From NCBI GenBank assembly GCA_963716255.1, contig OY970303.1:3904001-3968000 (forward strand): a stretch of 64,000 bases of DNA. The letters run 5' to 3'. The notes below the pieces were generated by a model. The model was given only the letters and a program-made list of their open reading frames with translations, ran no database searches and was not told the origin of the DNA. Made by a program: the position numbers and the translations under genes. Every line of letters begins with the position of its first letter. The stretch's first letter is position 1. Shown here piece after piece: positions 1-9,025 of the stretch. The stretch is from an uncultured Gemmatimonadales bacterium. GTDB taxonomy: Bacteria > Gemmatimonadota > Gemmatimonadetes > Longimicrobiales > Longimicrobiaceae.

Positions 1-60
1 TGCGGCAGAGCCGCGCGCACCCCCGGGGTGCTTCTTCCCCTCACCGGGTCCGACCCTGCC

Positions 61-813
61 ATGGCCTTCTCGTTGCACGACTTCGGGCTCCACGACATGC
101 TGCGCTGCGGCCTGGACCTGCGGCGCGCCCTCCAGGGCGCGGCCACGCTGGAGGAGGGGGCGCGCCGGGTGACGCGCTTCTTCTTCGACTCGGCGGCCGG
201 CGCGGAGGGCGGCGCCCGCGAGTGCGTGCTGGTGCGCTTCTACAAGACGCACGCGTTCGGCGCGCTGGAGCCGGAGCTGCGCGAGTTCGCCCGCGCGCGC
301 ATGGGCGGCCGCGAGCCGTGGAGCGACATGCGGTGCCTGGTGCTGCTCGCCTCGGCGGGGGAGGAGACCGCCTGGAACTCGCGCCGCCTTTCGCGCGGCC
401 ACCAGGCCATCCCGCTTCCCAGCGTGCAGATCGTGGAGCAGGCGCCGATGATCGCCGAGCTGGTGCGCGAGATGGGGCTGGACCTGGAGGACGTGGTCGC
501 CCCGCGGCCGCAGCTGGTGCGCGGGAGCGAGGACCGCGCCTACAACGTCTTCCACGTGCCGGAGGCGGAGGGGAGCCCCTTCATCCCGGCGCAGGCGGAC
601 TTCGTGCGGCCCTTCGGGATCCGGTCGGTGCTGGGCTTCGGGGGGCTGATGCTGAACGGGGAGATGTACGCGGTGGTCCTCTTCACCCGGGTGCCGGTCC
701 CCGTCGAGAGCGCCGACCGCTTCCGCAACATCGCCCTGGACCTGAGGATCGCCGTGTCGGCCTTCGCGGACGGCGACACCTTCGACCCCGCCCCCGTGCT
801 GGACGCCACGTAG
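61..813 (+). CDS. Uncharacterised protein, possibly GAF-like sensory module
   Basis: Typical codon usage and globular composition (LVRFYKT, GHQAIPL, SVLGFGG). ATG at 61 chosen over GTG at 28. Confidence 0.7.
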   Translation: MAFSLHDFGLHDMLRCGLDLRRALQGAATLEEGARRVTRFFFDSAAGAEGGARECVLVRFYKTHAFGALEPELREFARARMGGREPWSDMRCLVLLASAGEETAWNSRRLSRGHQAIPLPSVQIVEQAPMIAELVREMGLDLEDVVAPRPQLVRGSEDRAYNVFHVPEAEGSPFIPAQADFVRPFGIRSVLGFGGLMLNGEMYAVVLFTRVPVPVESADRFRNIALDLRIAVSAFADGDTFDPAPVLDAT

Positions 814-907
814 CGCGTCCCTCCGCCGGGCGCTTGCGGACCGCCCGCGCTCCGGCGATTCTCAGCGCACCTCGCCGTCGTCGTTCCCCCCTGGCCGGCC
901 CGACCCC

Positions 908-2167
908 ATGTTCTTCGACCTCCGCGACCACATTCTCGTCCTGATCGAGGAGCAGGACTTCGCCGAAGCCGTGCGCCGGCTGGACCAGCTCGTCGCGGAG
1001 GAGCCGGACGACGCGGGCGCCTTCGCGATCCGCGCGCTCTGCCTGGCGCAGCTGGAGCGCCGGCGCGACGCGGAGGCCTCCGCGCGCCGCGCGACGCTGC
1101 TGGACCCGGACACCGCTTTCCACCACCGCGTGCTGGCGCAGGTGCTGCTGGAGCGCGGCGACCCCCGCCTGGCGCTCCCCGCGGCTCTGGAGGCGGCGGC
1201 ACTGGAGCCGGACGAGCCCGACCACCTCGTGCTCGTGGCGCGCGTCGAGGCCGCCATGGGACGGTGGGACGCGGCGCTGCGCACCGTGGAGCACGCGCTC
1301 GCGCTGGACCCGGAGCACGACGACGGGCTGCGCCTGCGCGCCCTGTTCCTCCAGGTGCGCGGGCGCGCGGAGGAGGCGGACAGCGCCTTCCTGAACGCGC
1401 TGATCCGCGACCCGGGAGACGCCTTCGCGTACGCGGGGCGCGGCTGGAGCATGCTGCGCACCGGGGGCGATGCCGGCGACGCGGCCGCGCACTTCCAGCG
1501 AGCGCTGCACATCGAGCCGGGCTCCGAGTGGGCGCGCGAGGGGCTGGTAGCCGCGCTCAAGGCCCGCAACCCGGTGTACCGGCAGCTGCTGCGCTTCTTC
1601 TTGTGGATGGGCTCGCTGAGCCCGCGCACGCGCATGCTGGTGGTGTTCGGGGGGCTCTTCGGGTACAACGTGCTGCGGCGGACGGCGGCGGCGCAGCCCG
1701 CCCTGGCGCCGCTGATCTGGCCGGTGCTCGCGCTCTGGCTGCTGTTCGTGCTCCTGAGCTGGACGGCCGATCCGCTTTTCGACTCGCTGCTCCGGCTGGA
1801 CCCCGTGGGGCGGGAGGCGCTGACGCCGGACCGGCGGCGGGCGTCCACCCTGGTTCTCGCCACCCTGGCCGCGGCGCTCGCGCTCGCCGGCGCCTCGGCG
1901 GCGCTGGACGCGCCGCGGGCCAGCCTGGCGGCGCTGGTCTTCGGCTTCCTCGTGCTCCCCGTGGCGGGCACCTTCCGCTGCGAGCCCGGCTGGCCGCGCC
2001 GGACCATGGCCGGCCTGACCGCCGTGATCGCGCTGCTGGCCGCGGGGGTGCTGATTGCCCCGGAGGGGCCGGCGGGCGTGCTCGCGGGCGCCGCGCTGCT
2101 GCTCACGGTGGCCAGCACCTGGATCAACAGCTGGCTGGCCACCGTCGTTCCGAAGCGCCGTGGCTGA
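908..2167 (+). CDS. TPR-repeat protein with C-terminal transmembrane segments
   Basis: Repeated A..A..A..LDP helical TPR-like motifs; hydrophobic C-terminal third. Confidence 0.85.
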   Translation: MFFDLRDHILVLIEEQDFAEAVRRLDQLVAEEPDDAGAFAIRALCLAQLERRRDAEASARRATLLDPDTAFHHRVLAQVLLERGDPRLALPAALEAAALEPDEPDHLVLVARVEAAMGRWDAALRTVEHALALDPEHDDGLRLRALFLQVRGRAEEADSAFLNALIRDPGDAFAYAGRGWSMLRTGGDAGDAAAHFQRALHIEPGSEWAREGLVAALKARNPVYRQLLRFFLWMGSLSPRTRMLVVFGGLFGYNVLRRTAAAQPALAPLIWPVLALWLLFVLLSWTADPLFDSLLRLDPVGREALTPDRRRASTLVLATLAAALALAGASAALDAPRASLAALVFGFLVLPVAGTFRCEPGWPRRTMAGLTAVIALLAAGVLIAPEGPAGVLAGAALLLTVASTWINSWLATVVPKRRG

Positions 2168-2330
2168 ACCGGCTTCCGTGTGAGTCGCGCGCTGTCGGGC
2201 CCTGCGCGTGGGGTCGGGCGCGGCGGTGCTCTCCGGAAAGAGTCCATGCCCCCCCACCACAAGCCCCCTCCACTCTTTCCTCCGACCACCCTCGCACCCT
2301 CCCTGCGGCCCTCCCGCCGTCCGCCGTTCT

Positions 2331-2357
2331 CCCCCTCTCCCGCTTGCGGGGGAGGGT
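2331..2357. repeat. Family B palindromic repeat (short form)
   Basis: CCCCCTCTCCCGCTTGCGGGGGAGGG, matching the copy at 14212-14237. Confidence 0.7.
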
Positions 2358-2564
2358 GCTCGAGGCGCGGCTCCAGGCGGCGCAGGAGCGCGGGCGCGCC
2401 GAGCTGGCGCTGAGCGACCACGCCATCCGCCGCGCCGACTCGGTGCTGGAGGTGCAGCTGGGCCGGATCTAGCCCGCCCCGCCGCGGGCGTCCCGGCGGC
2501 GCCGTTCGTGCAAGGACGGGTGGGCCGAGACCCCGTTCCGTCCACCCGCGCGCCCAGGTCGTCC

Positions 2565-3386
2565 ATGAGCCGGTCCGTCCCCAGGCCCGTTCCCCCCGGC
2601 GAGGCTCCCCCGCTCGGCGACGAGGAGGCGGCGCGCCCCTCCGGCCTCCCCGCGGGAAAGGAGCTGGACCGCGAGCTGGACCGGCTCAAGGAGCGGATCG
2701 GCAGGCTGGGCGCGGCGCTGTGCGCCGAAAAGGAGCACGCCCTGCTGGTGGTGCTCCAGTCGCGCGACACCGGCGGCAAGGACGGGGTGGTGAAGAACGT
2801 GTTCGGCGCCGTGCTCCCGCAGCACCTGAGCGTCGCCAGCTTCCAGGAGCCCTCGCCCGAGGAGCGGGCGCACGACTTCCTCTGGCGGGTGCACGCCGTG
2901 GTCCCGCCCTTCGGCAGGGTGGGGGTGTTCAACCGCTCGCACTACGAGGAGGTGGTCACGGCGCGCGTCCACGGCCTGGTGCCGGAGGAGGTGTGGTCCC
3001 GCCGCTTCGGGCAGATCAACGACTTCGAGCGCATGCTGGTGGAGAACGGCGTGGCCGTGGTCAAGCTGTTCCTGCACGTGTCGCGCGGCGAGCAGAAGCG
3101 GCGCCTGCGCAGGCGGCTGGAAAAGTCGCGGAAGCGCTGGGAGTTCGACCCCAGCGACCTGGAGGACCGGGCGAAGTGGGACGAGTTCACCGAGGCGTAC
3201 CGCGACGCCATCGCCCGCTGCGGCACGCCCGAGGCCCCGTGGCACGTGGTGCCGGCGGACGACAAGGCCGTGCGCGACCTGCTGGTGGCGCGGATCGTGG
3301 CGGACGCGCTGGAGCGGCTGGACCCGCGCTACCCGGAGCCGGAGTACGACCTGGACGAGGCGCTGCGGCGGCTGGAGCGGCTCTGA
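2565..3386 (+). CDS. Polyphosphate kinase 2 (PPK2) family protein
   Basis: Motifs QSRDTGGKDG, HDFLWR, FNRSHYEEV and APWHVVPADDK. Confidence 0.92.
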   Translation: MSRSVPRPVPPGEAPPLGDEEAARPSGLPAGKELDRELDRLKERIGRLGAALCAEKEHALLVVLQSRDTGGKDGVVKNVFGAVLPQHLSVASFQEPSPEERAHDFLWRVHAVVPPFGRVGVFNRSHYEEVVTARVHGLVPEEVWSRRFGQINDFERMLVENGVAVVKLFLHVSRGEQKRRLRRRLEKSRKRWEFDPSDLEDRAKWDEFTEAYRDAIARCGTPEAPWHVVPADDKAVRDLLVARIVADALERLDPRYPEPEYDLDEALRRLERL

Positions 3387-3406
3387 GGACGTTGACGGCA
3401 GGGTCC

Positions 3407-3535
3407 GGGCGTGCCCCCGGCGGGCGCCGGGGTCGGGCTTCGGCTCCGTAACGTACGAACAACCGTGCGTAATGGAGTCGAGCCCGCGCAAACAGCCGCG
3501 CGGTCTCGCCCCTCCGGGCCGGAATCCCTCACGCG
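3407..3535 (+). repeat. Family A structured intergenic element, copy 1
   Basis: GGGCGTGCCCCCGG...GGGCTTCGGCTCCGTA...GGAGTCGAGCC...GTCTCGCCCC...ATCCCTCACGCG; starts 20 bp after the PPK2 stop. Confidence 0.95.
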
Positions 3536-3604
3536 GCTCCGCGCTGGCGTCCGCCGGGGCTCCCCACCCTGCTGCCGCTCCGTCTCCCCGACCCTGGTGT
3601 GCCC

Positions 3605-3787
3605 GTGAGAGCCTACGTCATGTCCACCGGCATCGTCTTCGGCCTGCTCGTCCTGGCGCACGTCTGGCGGGTCGCCGCGGAGTCGCCGGCGCTCGCGAGG
3701 GAACCGTTCTTCGTCGTGGCCACGCTCGTGGCGGCGGGATTCTGCCTCTGGGCCGTGCTCCTGCTGCGGCGCCGTCCGTCGGGCTGA
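3605..3787 (+). CDS. Small two-TM membrane protein
   Basis: MRAYVMSTGIVFGLLVLAHVWR...; two hydrophobic helices and a basic tail. Confidence 0.7.
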   Translation: MRAYVMSTGIVFGLLVLAHVWRVAAESPALAREPFFVVATLVAAGFCLWAVLLLRRRPSG

Positions 3788-3891
3788 CCTGCCGGGGGCG
3801 CGCCGGCGGCTTGCGCGCGGGGGGCGGCGGCCCGAGCTTCGGGGCGTCCGTTCGCTGCGCACCCGCACCCCCGGCAGAGACCCCGCGAGGC

Positions 3892-4653
3892 ATGGTAGAC
3901 ACGTTCGAGCTGGTGCTGGTGGGGCTGGCGGCGGTGGCGGCGGGCGCGGTCAACGCGCTGGCGGGCGGCGGCACGCTGATCACCTTTCCCGTGCTGACGG
4001 CCGTGGGGCTCCCGGCGGTGGCCGCCAACGTCACCAACACGGTGGCGCTCTGCCCCGGCTACCTGGGCGCCGCGCTCGCCCAGTCGGCGGACCTGCGCGG
4101 GCAGCGGCGCAGGCTGTGGATGCTGATGCCGGCGAGCGTGGCCGGCGGGGTGCTGGGGGGCGTGCTGCTGCTGCACACGGACGAGCGGCTGTTCCGCGCG
4201 CTGGTGCCCTACCTGATCCTGCTGGCCTCCGCGCTGCTCGCCGCGCAGGACCGGCTCCGCGCCTGGCTGACGCGCGGCGCCGCGCACGGCGCGGCGCGCA
4301 CCTCCGGCGCGGCCGCGACCCTGCCGGTGGGGCTGGCGGCGGTATACGGCGGCTACTTCGGGGCGGGGATGAGCGTGGTGGTGCTGGCGGTGCTGGGGCT
4401 CACCGTGGACGACTCGCTGACGCGCCTCAACGCGCTGAAGCAGGTGGTGGGGCTCGCCGTGAACGTGGCCGCCGCCGTCTTCTTCGCCTTTTCCGGCGAG
4501 CCGGTGTGGCCCGTGGTGGCAGTGATGGCCGTGGGCGCGCTCGCCGGCGGGGCCGTGGGCGGCCGGCTCGCCAGCCGCATCCGCCCGGAAGCGCTTCGGC
4601 GCGTGGTGGTGTTCTTCGGCGTGGCGGTGTCGCTCGTGTACTTCCTGCGCTGA
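3892..4653 (+). CDS. TauE/SafE (TSUP) family transporter
   Basis: Motifs NALAGGGTLITFP and YGGYFGAG; highly hydrophobic. Confidence 0.9.
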   Translation: MVDTFELVLVGLAAVAAGAVNALAGGGTLITFPVLTAVGLPAVAANVTNTVALCPGYLGAALAQSADLRGQRRRLWMLMPASVAGGVLGGVLLLHTDERLFRALVPYLILLASALLAAQDRLRAWLTRGAAHGAARTSGAAATLPVGLAAVYGGYFGAGMSVVVLAVLGLTVDDSLTRLNALKQVVGLAVNVAAAVFFAFSGEPVWPVVAVMAVGALAGGAVGGRLASRIRPEALRRVVVFFGVAVSLVYFLR

Positions 4654-4655
4654 CG

Positions 4656-4697
4656 GCCCTCACCCCCCGGCGAGCCCAAGCGAGCCGGGTGGGGGCC
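4656..4697. repeat. Family B palindromic repeat
   Basis: GGCCCTCACCCCCCGGCGAGCCCAAGCGAGCCGGGTGGGGGCC; shares GCGAGCC..AGCGAGCCGGGTG with other copies. Confidence 0.7.
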
Positions 4698-4721
4698 TCC
4701 AGCGGACGCCAGCTCCAGACC

Positions 4722-4851
4722 CGCGTGAGGGATTCCGGCCCGAAGGGGCGAGACCCGCGGGCAGTTTCGCGGGGCTCGACTCCGTTAGCCCGCGTTGTTT
4801 GCGGGCTTACGGAGCCGAAGCCCGACCCCGGCGCCCGCCGGGGGCACGCCC
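4722..4851 (-). repeat. Family A element, copy 2
   Basis: Reverse-complement match to copy 1. Confidence 0.95.
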
Positions 4852-4901
4852 GACCCCGCAGTCGCCGTCCGAAGCCGTTCCTCCAGAGCCCGGATCAACC
4901 G

Positions 4902-5258
4902 ATGTCCACCGACTCCATCGAACGCGCACGACGCATCTGCATGGCCCTGCCGGAGGCCTGGGAGCAGGAGGCCTGGGGCGAGCCCACCTGGCGGGTGCGC
5001 AAGCGCATGTTCGCCATGTTCGCCGACGACCACCACCAGGACGGCCGCATCGCCCTGTGGTGCAACGCGCCGCTGGGGGTGCAGGAGATGCTGGTGCGCG
5101 CGGAGCCGGAAAAGGTCTTCGTGCCGCCCTACGTGGGCGTGAAGGGGTGGATCGGAATCGTGCTGGACCACGTGGACGACACGGAGCTGCGGGAGCTGGT
5201 GGTGCAGTCGTACTGCATGGTGGCGCCGCGCAGGCTCCAGGCGCTCGCCGGCGGGTAG
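4902..5258 (+). CDS. MmcQ/YjbR family protein
   Basis: Motifs ICMALPEA, WGEPTWRVRKRMFA, PPYVGVKGWIG and SYCMVAP. Confidence 0.85.
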   Translation: MSTDSIERARRICMALPEAWEQEAWGEPTWRVRKRMFAMFADDHHQDGRIALWCNAPLGVQEMLVRAEPEKVFVPPYVGVKGWIGIVLDHVDDTELRELVVQSYCMVAPRRLQALAGG

Positions 5259-5330
5259 CGAGCCGCGCCCGGGACTTGCGGGGCGTGCCCGGCGACCGGC
5301 CGGGAACGCGTACCACAGCGGGAGGGAGCG

Positions 5331-5744
5331 ATGGAGCAGCGGTTCGAGTTCGAGGGGGCGGAGGTGCGCGCGCTCCTGGAGGAGTCGCACGCCGCGCGCG
5401 AGCGCCTGATGACGGAGGCGCAGCGGTACGTGGCCGCGGGGGTGGACCTGCACGCCGGGACCGCGGACGGGCTGGAGAACGCCGTGGAGCACCCGGGGAC
5501 CGGGGCCCCGCCCGGGCTGTGGCTGATGAACGACCGCGGCGTGTACCTGCGCAGCAACGCCGGCCAGCGGCCGGGGGAGCGGGTGGCCTACGCCCGCGGC
5601 TTCCGCGCCGAGGTGGCGGTGGGCGACGAGCCCATGTGCGAGTTCGTGGACGCGGCCACGCTGGAGCAGCTTCGCGCGGGGGACACGCTGGTGGTCACCC
5701 TCAGCGAGCAGAAGATCCGGCTGTCGCTGATCCGGCCGGAGTAG
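5331..5744 (+). CDS. Hypothetical protein, DUF3085-like
   Basis: GLWLMNDRGVYLRSN...VAYARG resembles the DUF3085 core as recalled; GGAG RBS upstream. Confidence 0.6.
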   Translation: MEQRFEFEGAEVRALLEESHAARERLMTEAQRYVAAGVDLHAGTADGLENAVEHPGTGAPPGLWLMNDRGVYLRSNAGQRPGERVAYARGFRAEVAVGDEPMCEFVDAATLEQLRAGDTLVVTLSEQKIRLSLIRPE

Positions 5745-5842
5745 CCGCGGCCACGGGAGCGTTGCCTCCCGCCCGATTGGCGTGTAACGTGCCCTCCTCG
5801 CGTCCGCGATCCCGCGGACCGGCCACGTACACGGAGGATGCC

Positions 5843-6082
5843 ATGAGCCGTTCGTTCATCCACCTGCGCCGGGTGCTGTTCGGCACCTCCTGCGCCATCG
5901 TTTTCGGGCTGGGCGCATCCGAGGCGTCCGGCAGCGCGAGCCGCCCGGCGGCGGCCGTGAGGCTCTGCCCGCAGAGCCCGGAGCCGGCGCCGTACTACTC
6001 CAGCCGCTGCGCGTACGGGTGCACGGAAGGGATCGGCTACTGCGACGTGGACTTCATCTGCAAGTGCGGATACATCCCCTGA
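5843..6082 (+). CDS. Secreted cysteine-rich defensin-like peptide (79 aa)
   Basis: GGAGG RBS; signal-like N-terminus; C-x13-C-x3-C-x6-C-x5-C-x-C with GYC; followed by a terminator. Confidence 0.75.
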   Translation: MSRSFIHLRRVLFGTSCAIVFGLGASEASGSASRPAAAVRLCPQSPEPAPYYSSRCAYGCTEGIGYCDVDFICKCGYIP

Positions 6083-6105
6083 GCCCGGGCGGGTGCGCAC
6101 GACGA

Positions 6106-6137
6106 GAAAAGGGCCCGCCGCGTGGCGGGCCCTTTTC
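6106..6137. terminator. Bidirectional intrinsic terminator
   Basis: GAAAAGGGCCCGCC-GCGT-GGCGGGCCCTTTTC. Confidence 0.9.
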
Positions 6138-6140
6138 GTG

Positions 6141-6304
6141 GGGGACATAACGGAGAGGATTTTTTGAAGCCCGATTAGAGATAATCGTTGGGTAACTCGC
6201 CCTTGGTTTCCGCCGCACCCTCGCGGGGCACCGCGTCCGCCGCGGAACAAGCTCCCGGCTTCAGAACTATCGGCTCAAAAAACGAGCTCCCCGCCATGTC
6301 TCGA
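6141..6304 (-). ncRNA. Probable 6S RNA (SsrS-like)
   Basis: 5' GACAUGGCGGGGAG pairs with 3' CUCUCCGUUAUGUC; UUUUUUGAGCCGAUAG pairs with CUAAUCGGGCUUCAAAAAA; central bubble; own promoter and terminator; UGAGCCGAUA recalls E. coli 6S. Confidence 0.65.
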
Positions 6305-6312
6305 TAGCTTCA

Positions 6313-6340
6313 AATATATGCGATTCCGGGGTTTGTGCAA
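6313..6340 (-). promoter_or_regulatory. Sigma70-type promoter for the 6S-like RNA
   Basis: TTGCAC-N16-TATATT in an AT-rich patch. Confidence 0.6.
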
Positions 6341-6349
6341 CCCCAAAAG

Positions 6350-7087
6350 TCAGCCGGCGCGGGGCGGCTCGGCCAGCCGCAGAAAGGGCAGCACCCGCTC
6401 GTCCATGAACGCCTCCGTGGCCTGGATCAGCGTGGTGGGGTTGAGCGCGTTGATGGGCTCGGGGTTGCCGTGGGCCAGGTTCACCTCCACGTAGAGCCGG
6501 CGCACGTCCTCCAGGAACGACTCCACCCGCACCTCGGCCTGGTAGTGCTCGCCGTCCGCCTGCCCCGGCGGGAACATCAGCCGCAGCCCGCCGCCCAGGA
6601 TGGGCCGCCCGAACACCGACAGCTCCTGCGTGTCCTGCCCCAGGCGCTGCTCCCACAGGTACTGGAAGGAGTGCTCGGTGCTGGAGGCGAAGAGCGAGCG
6701 GACGCCCGTGTTCCACCCCAGCACGTACTCCATCTCCGGCCACACGTCGCGGGCCACGTCGGTGACTTCGTGGGCCGCGACCGCGAAGTCGGCCACGGCG
6801 GCCACCGGCACGTCCTGCCCGATGGCGGTGGCGATCACGATCTGCGTCACCGGCACCGGCTCCGGCGCGGCGCCCACCTCCCCCGAGATGATCTGTACCT
6901 GGAGCGACGAGGGCGCGCCGCGCGCCAGCGCCAGCGTGGTGTCCGCGTGCTCGGCGTGCTCGAAGCGGATGTCCTCCTCCTCCAGCCGCGCCCGGAAGGC
7001 GGCGATCCGCTCCTCGTCCAGCTGCAGCGCAGGACCGATCAGGAAGCTGACGGTGAACTGGATGGTCTGCCGCGAGTGTTCGATCAT
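6350..7087 (-). CDS. Hypothetical protein
   Basis: Typical codon usage and globular composition; ATG at 7087 (MIEHSRQ). Confidence 0.75.
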   Translation of the reverse strand: MIEHSRQTIQFTVSFLIGPALQLDEERIAAFRARLEEEDIRFEHAEHADTTLALARGAPSSLQVQIISGEVGAAPEPVPVTQIVIATAIGQDVPVAAVADFAVAAHEVTDVARDVWPEMEYVLGWNTGVRSLFASSTEHSFQYLWEQRLGQDTQELSVFGRPILGGGLRLMFPPGQADGEHYQAEVRVESFLEDVRRLYVEVNLAHGNPEPINALNPTTLIQATEAFMDERVLPFLRLAEPPRAG

Positions 7088-7178
7088 GGAAAGCGGTCGC
7101 CTCTCTCGTGCGGTGCGCCGGACGTGGACGCCCGGCGAAGGGCCCACACGTTAGCGGCGGCCCCGCGGCGCGTCAATC

Positions 7179-7257
7179 CGCCGGGTGAGGCGAAGGCCGG
7201 GAGCGCTACCCGGGATCGGGAGAGGGTGGCGAGCCTCGAGCGAGCCGGGGGAGGGCC
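7179..7257. repeat. Family B repeat
   Basis: GGGAGAGGGTGGCGAGCCTCGAGCGAGCCGGGGGAGGGCC. Confidence 0.7.
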
Positions 7258-7272
7258 GCCGTTGCAGGCTGT

Positions 7273-8148
7273 CTATCCCCCGAAGCGGGCCGCCGGGGGG
7301 CCGGCCACGCCGGGGCGCAGCACGAACAGGTCGCCGGACTCGAAGGCTTCCTCGATCTCCTCCTCCGTCATGCCGATGGAGGCGGTGGTCACGTACAGGT
7401 CGGCGCCGCCGCTGCCCCCGAAGGCGCAGCTGGTGGGGTGGGGGACCGGCAGGCGCACCCGCAGCAGCTCGCCGCCGTCCGGGGCGAAGCGCACCAGGCA
7501 GGCGCCGCCCCACTGCGCGGACCACACGCACCCCTCGGCGTCCACCGCCAGGCCGTCGGGGACGGAGTCCGCGCGCGACAGGTCGGCGAACAAGCGGCGG
7601 CGGGAGAGCGTCCCCGCGTCCGCGTCGAAGTCGAAGGCCAGGATGGTCTTCGCCGGCGAGTCGGTGAGGTACAGCGTCGCGCCGTCGGGGCTCCACCCCA
7701 GCCCGTTGGACATCGTCAGGCCGCCCGCCGCTTCGCGCACGGTGCCTTCGGGGTCCACGCGGAAGAGAGCCGCGCCCCCCTCCTCCGCGGACATGGAGCC
7801 CACCCACAGGCGGCCGCGCGCGTCGCACTTGCCGTCGTTGAGGCGCAGCCCCGCGCGCTCCGGGAGCAGCGCGGCCAGGGGCTCCACGGCGCCGCTCGCC
7901 GGGTCCAGGAGGGCCACGCCGCGGCGCAGCGCCAGCACCACCCGCCCGTCCGCCGCGGGGTGCGCGCACCCCACGGTCTCGCCCACTTCGTAGACGGTGT
8001 CCTCGCCCGCGGCGGGGTCCCAGCGGTGCACCCGGTGGTTGTGGATGTCCACCCACCAGAGGACCCCCGCCTCCGCGTCCCACGACGGGCCCTCGCCCAG
8101 GCGGGCGCGGGCGGCGAGCACGTTGCGCAGCGGGAGCGGATCAGCCAC
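7273..8148 (-). CDS. SMP-30/gluconolactonase/LRE family protein
   Basis: Motifs LGEGPSWD, RLNDGKCD, SNGLGWSPD, PDGLAVD and PTSCAFGG. Confidence 0.92.
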   Translation of the reverse strand: MADPLPLRNVLAARARLGEGPSWDAEAGVLWWVDIHNHRVHRWDPAAGEDTVYEVGETVGCAHPAADGRVVLALRRGVALLDPASGAVEPLAALLPERAGLRLNDGKCDARGRLWVGSMSAEEGGAALFRVDPEGTVREAAGGLTMSNGLGWSPDGATLYLTDSPAKTILAFDFDADAGTLSRRRLFADLSRADSVPDGLAVDAEGCVWSAQWGGACLVRFAPDGGELLRVRLPVPHPTSCAFGGSGGADLYVTTASIGMTEEEIEEAFESGDLFVLRPGVAGPPAARFGG

Positions 8149-8157
8149 GCGCGCCGC

Positions 8158-8622
8158 TCACTGCGGCCGGCCGGCCAGCCGCCGCAGCCGGTCGCGCGCC
8201 CGCTCCACGGCGCCCAGGTCGCCGTCCGCGTTCTTCTTGCCCGCGTCGTCCACCGCCTTTTCCAGGTCGTCCAGCGCCTTGCGGTACTCCCGGCGCGGCG
8301 TGCCGTCCGGCTCGCCCGCGCCCGGGGCCCGCTCCTCGGCCCGCTCCAGCTGGTCCTCCACCGCCTTGAGCGCGTCCTGCCGCCGCGCCGGGTCGCGGAT
8401 GGCGGTGGCGCTGTCCAGCAGCGCCATGGTGGGGGCAAGGTCGCGCCAGTGCTCGGCCACGTCCGGCGTCAGCCGGGCGGCCGGCGCCCGGGCGGGCGCC
8501 GCGCCCGGCCCGGCACCCGGGCCGGCGCGCCCGCCCCGCTCCCCCAGGTTCACGGCGAGCGCGATCAGGGCGATGATGGCCATCAGGCCCAGGCCCACGC
8601 GCAGGAGAGGAAGGTCGCGCAC
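8158..8622 (-). CDS. Hypothetical membrane-anchored helical protein
   Basis: N-terminal TM segment followed by amphipathic helices. Confidence 0.7.
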   Translation of the reverse strand: MRDLPLLRVGLGLMAIIALIALAVNLGERGGRAGPGAGPGAAPARAPAARLTPDVAEHWRDLAPTMALLDSATAIRDPARRQDALKAVEDQLERAEERAPGAGEPDGTPRREYRKALDDLEKAVDDAGKKNADGDLGAVERARDRLRRLAGRPQ

Positions 8623-8704
8623 TCGGGATGCTCCGGTCGGGGGATGCTCTCAACCGGCACCCTCCACGCACCCGCCGTGCCGCGGCCTTCACGGAGCCGG
8701 TCTC

Positions 8705-8832
8705 CCCCTCACCCCCCGGCCCCCTCTCCCACGAGGGGAGAGGGGGAGCACGGCACGGCAAAGCCGAAGCACGGGAAGCCCTCCCCCGGAACCGGGAGAG
8801 GGTGGCGAGCCCCCAGCCAGCCGGGTGGGGAC
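8705..8832. repeat. Family B repeat (long form)
   Basis: CCCCTCACCCCCCGGCCCCCTCTCCCACGAGGGGAGAGGGGG...GGGAGAGGGTGGCGAGCC...GCCGGGTGGGG. Confidence 0.75.
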
Positions 8833-8858
8833 CCTCCGCGGACGCCAGCGCGAAAGCT

Positions 8859-8987
8859 GCGTGAGGGATTTCGGCCCGAAGGGGCGAGACCCCGCGGCAG
8901 TTTGCGGGGGCTCGACTCCGTTGCAGACGGTAGTTTCGTCTGCTACGGAGCCGAAGCCCGACCCCGGCGCCAGCCGGGGGCACGCCC
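8859..8987 (-). repeat. Family A element, copy 3
   Basis: Full match; 38 bp after the MarR-GNAT stop. Confidence 0.95.
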
Positions 8988-9025
8988 GAACCCGCCGTTC
9001 ACCCCGTCCGTAGCCGGTTCTTTCA

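Noticed and set aside
5331..5744. ICE or plasmid island around the DUF3085-like gene
   Set aside because: No integrase, relaxase, conjugation genes or att sites are visible nearby.
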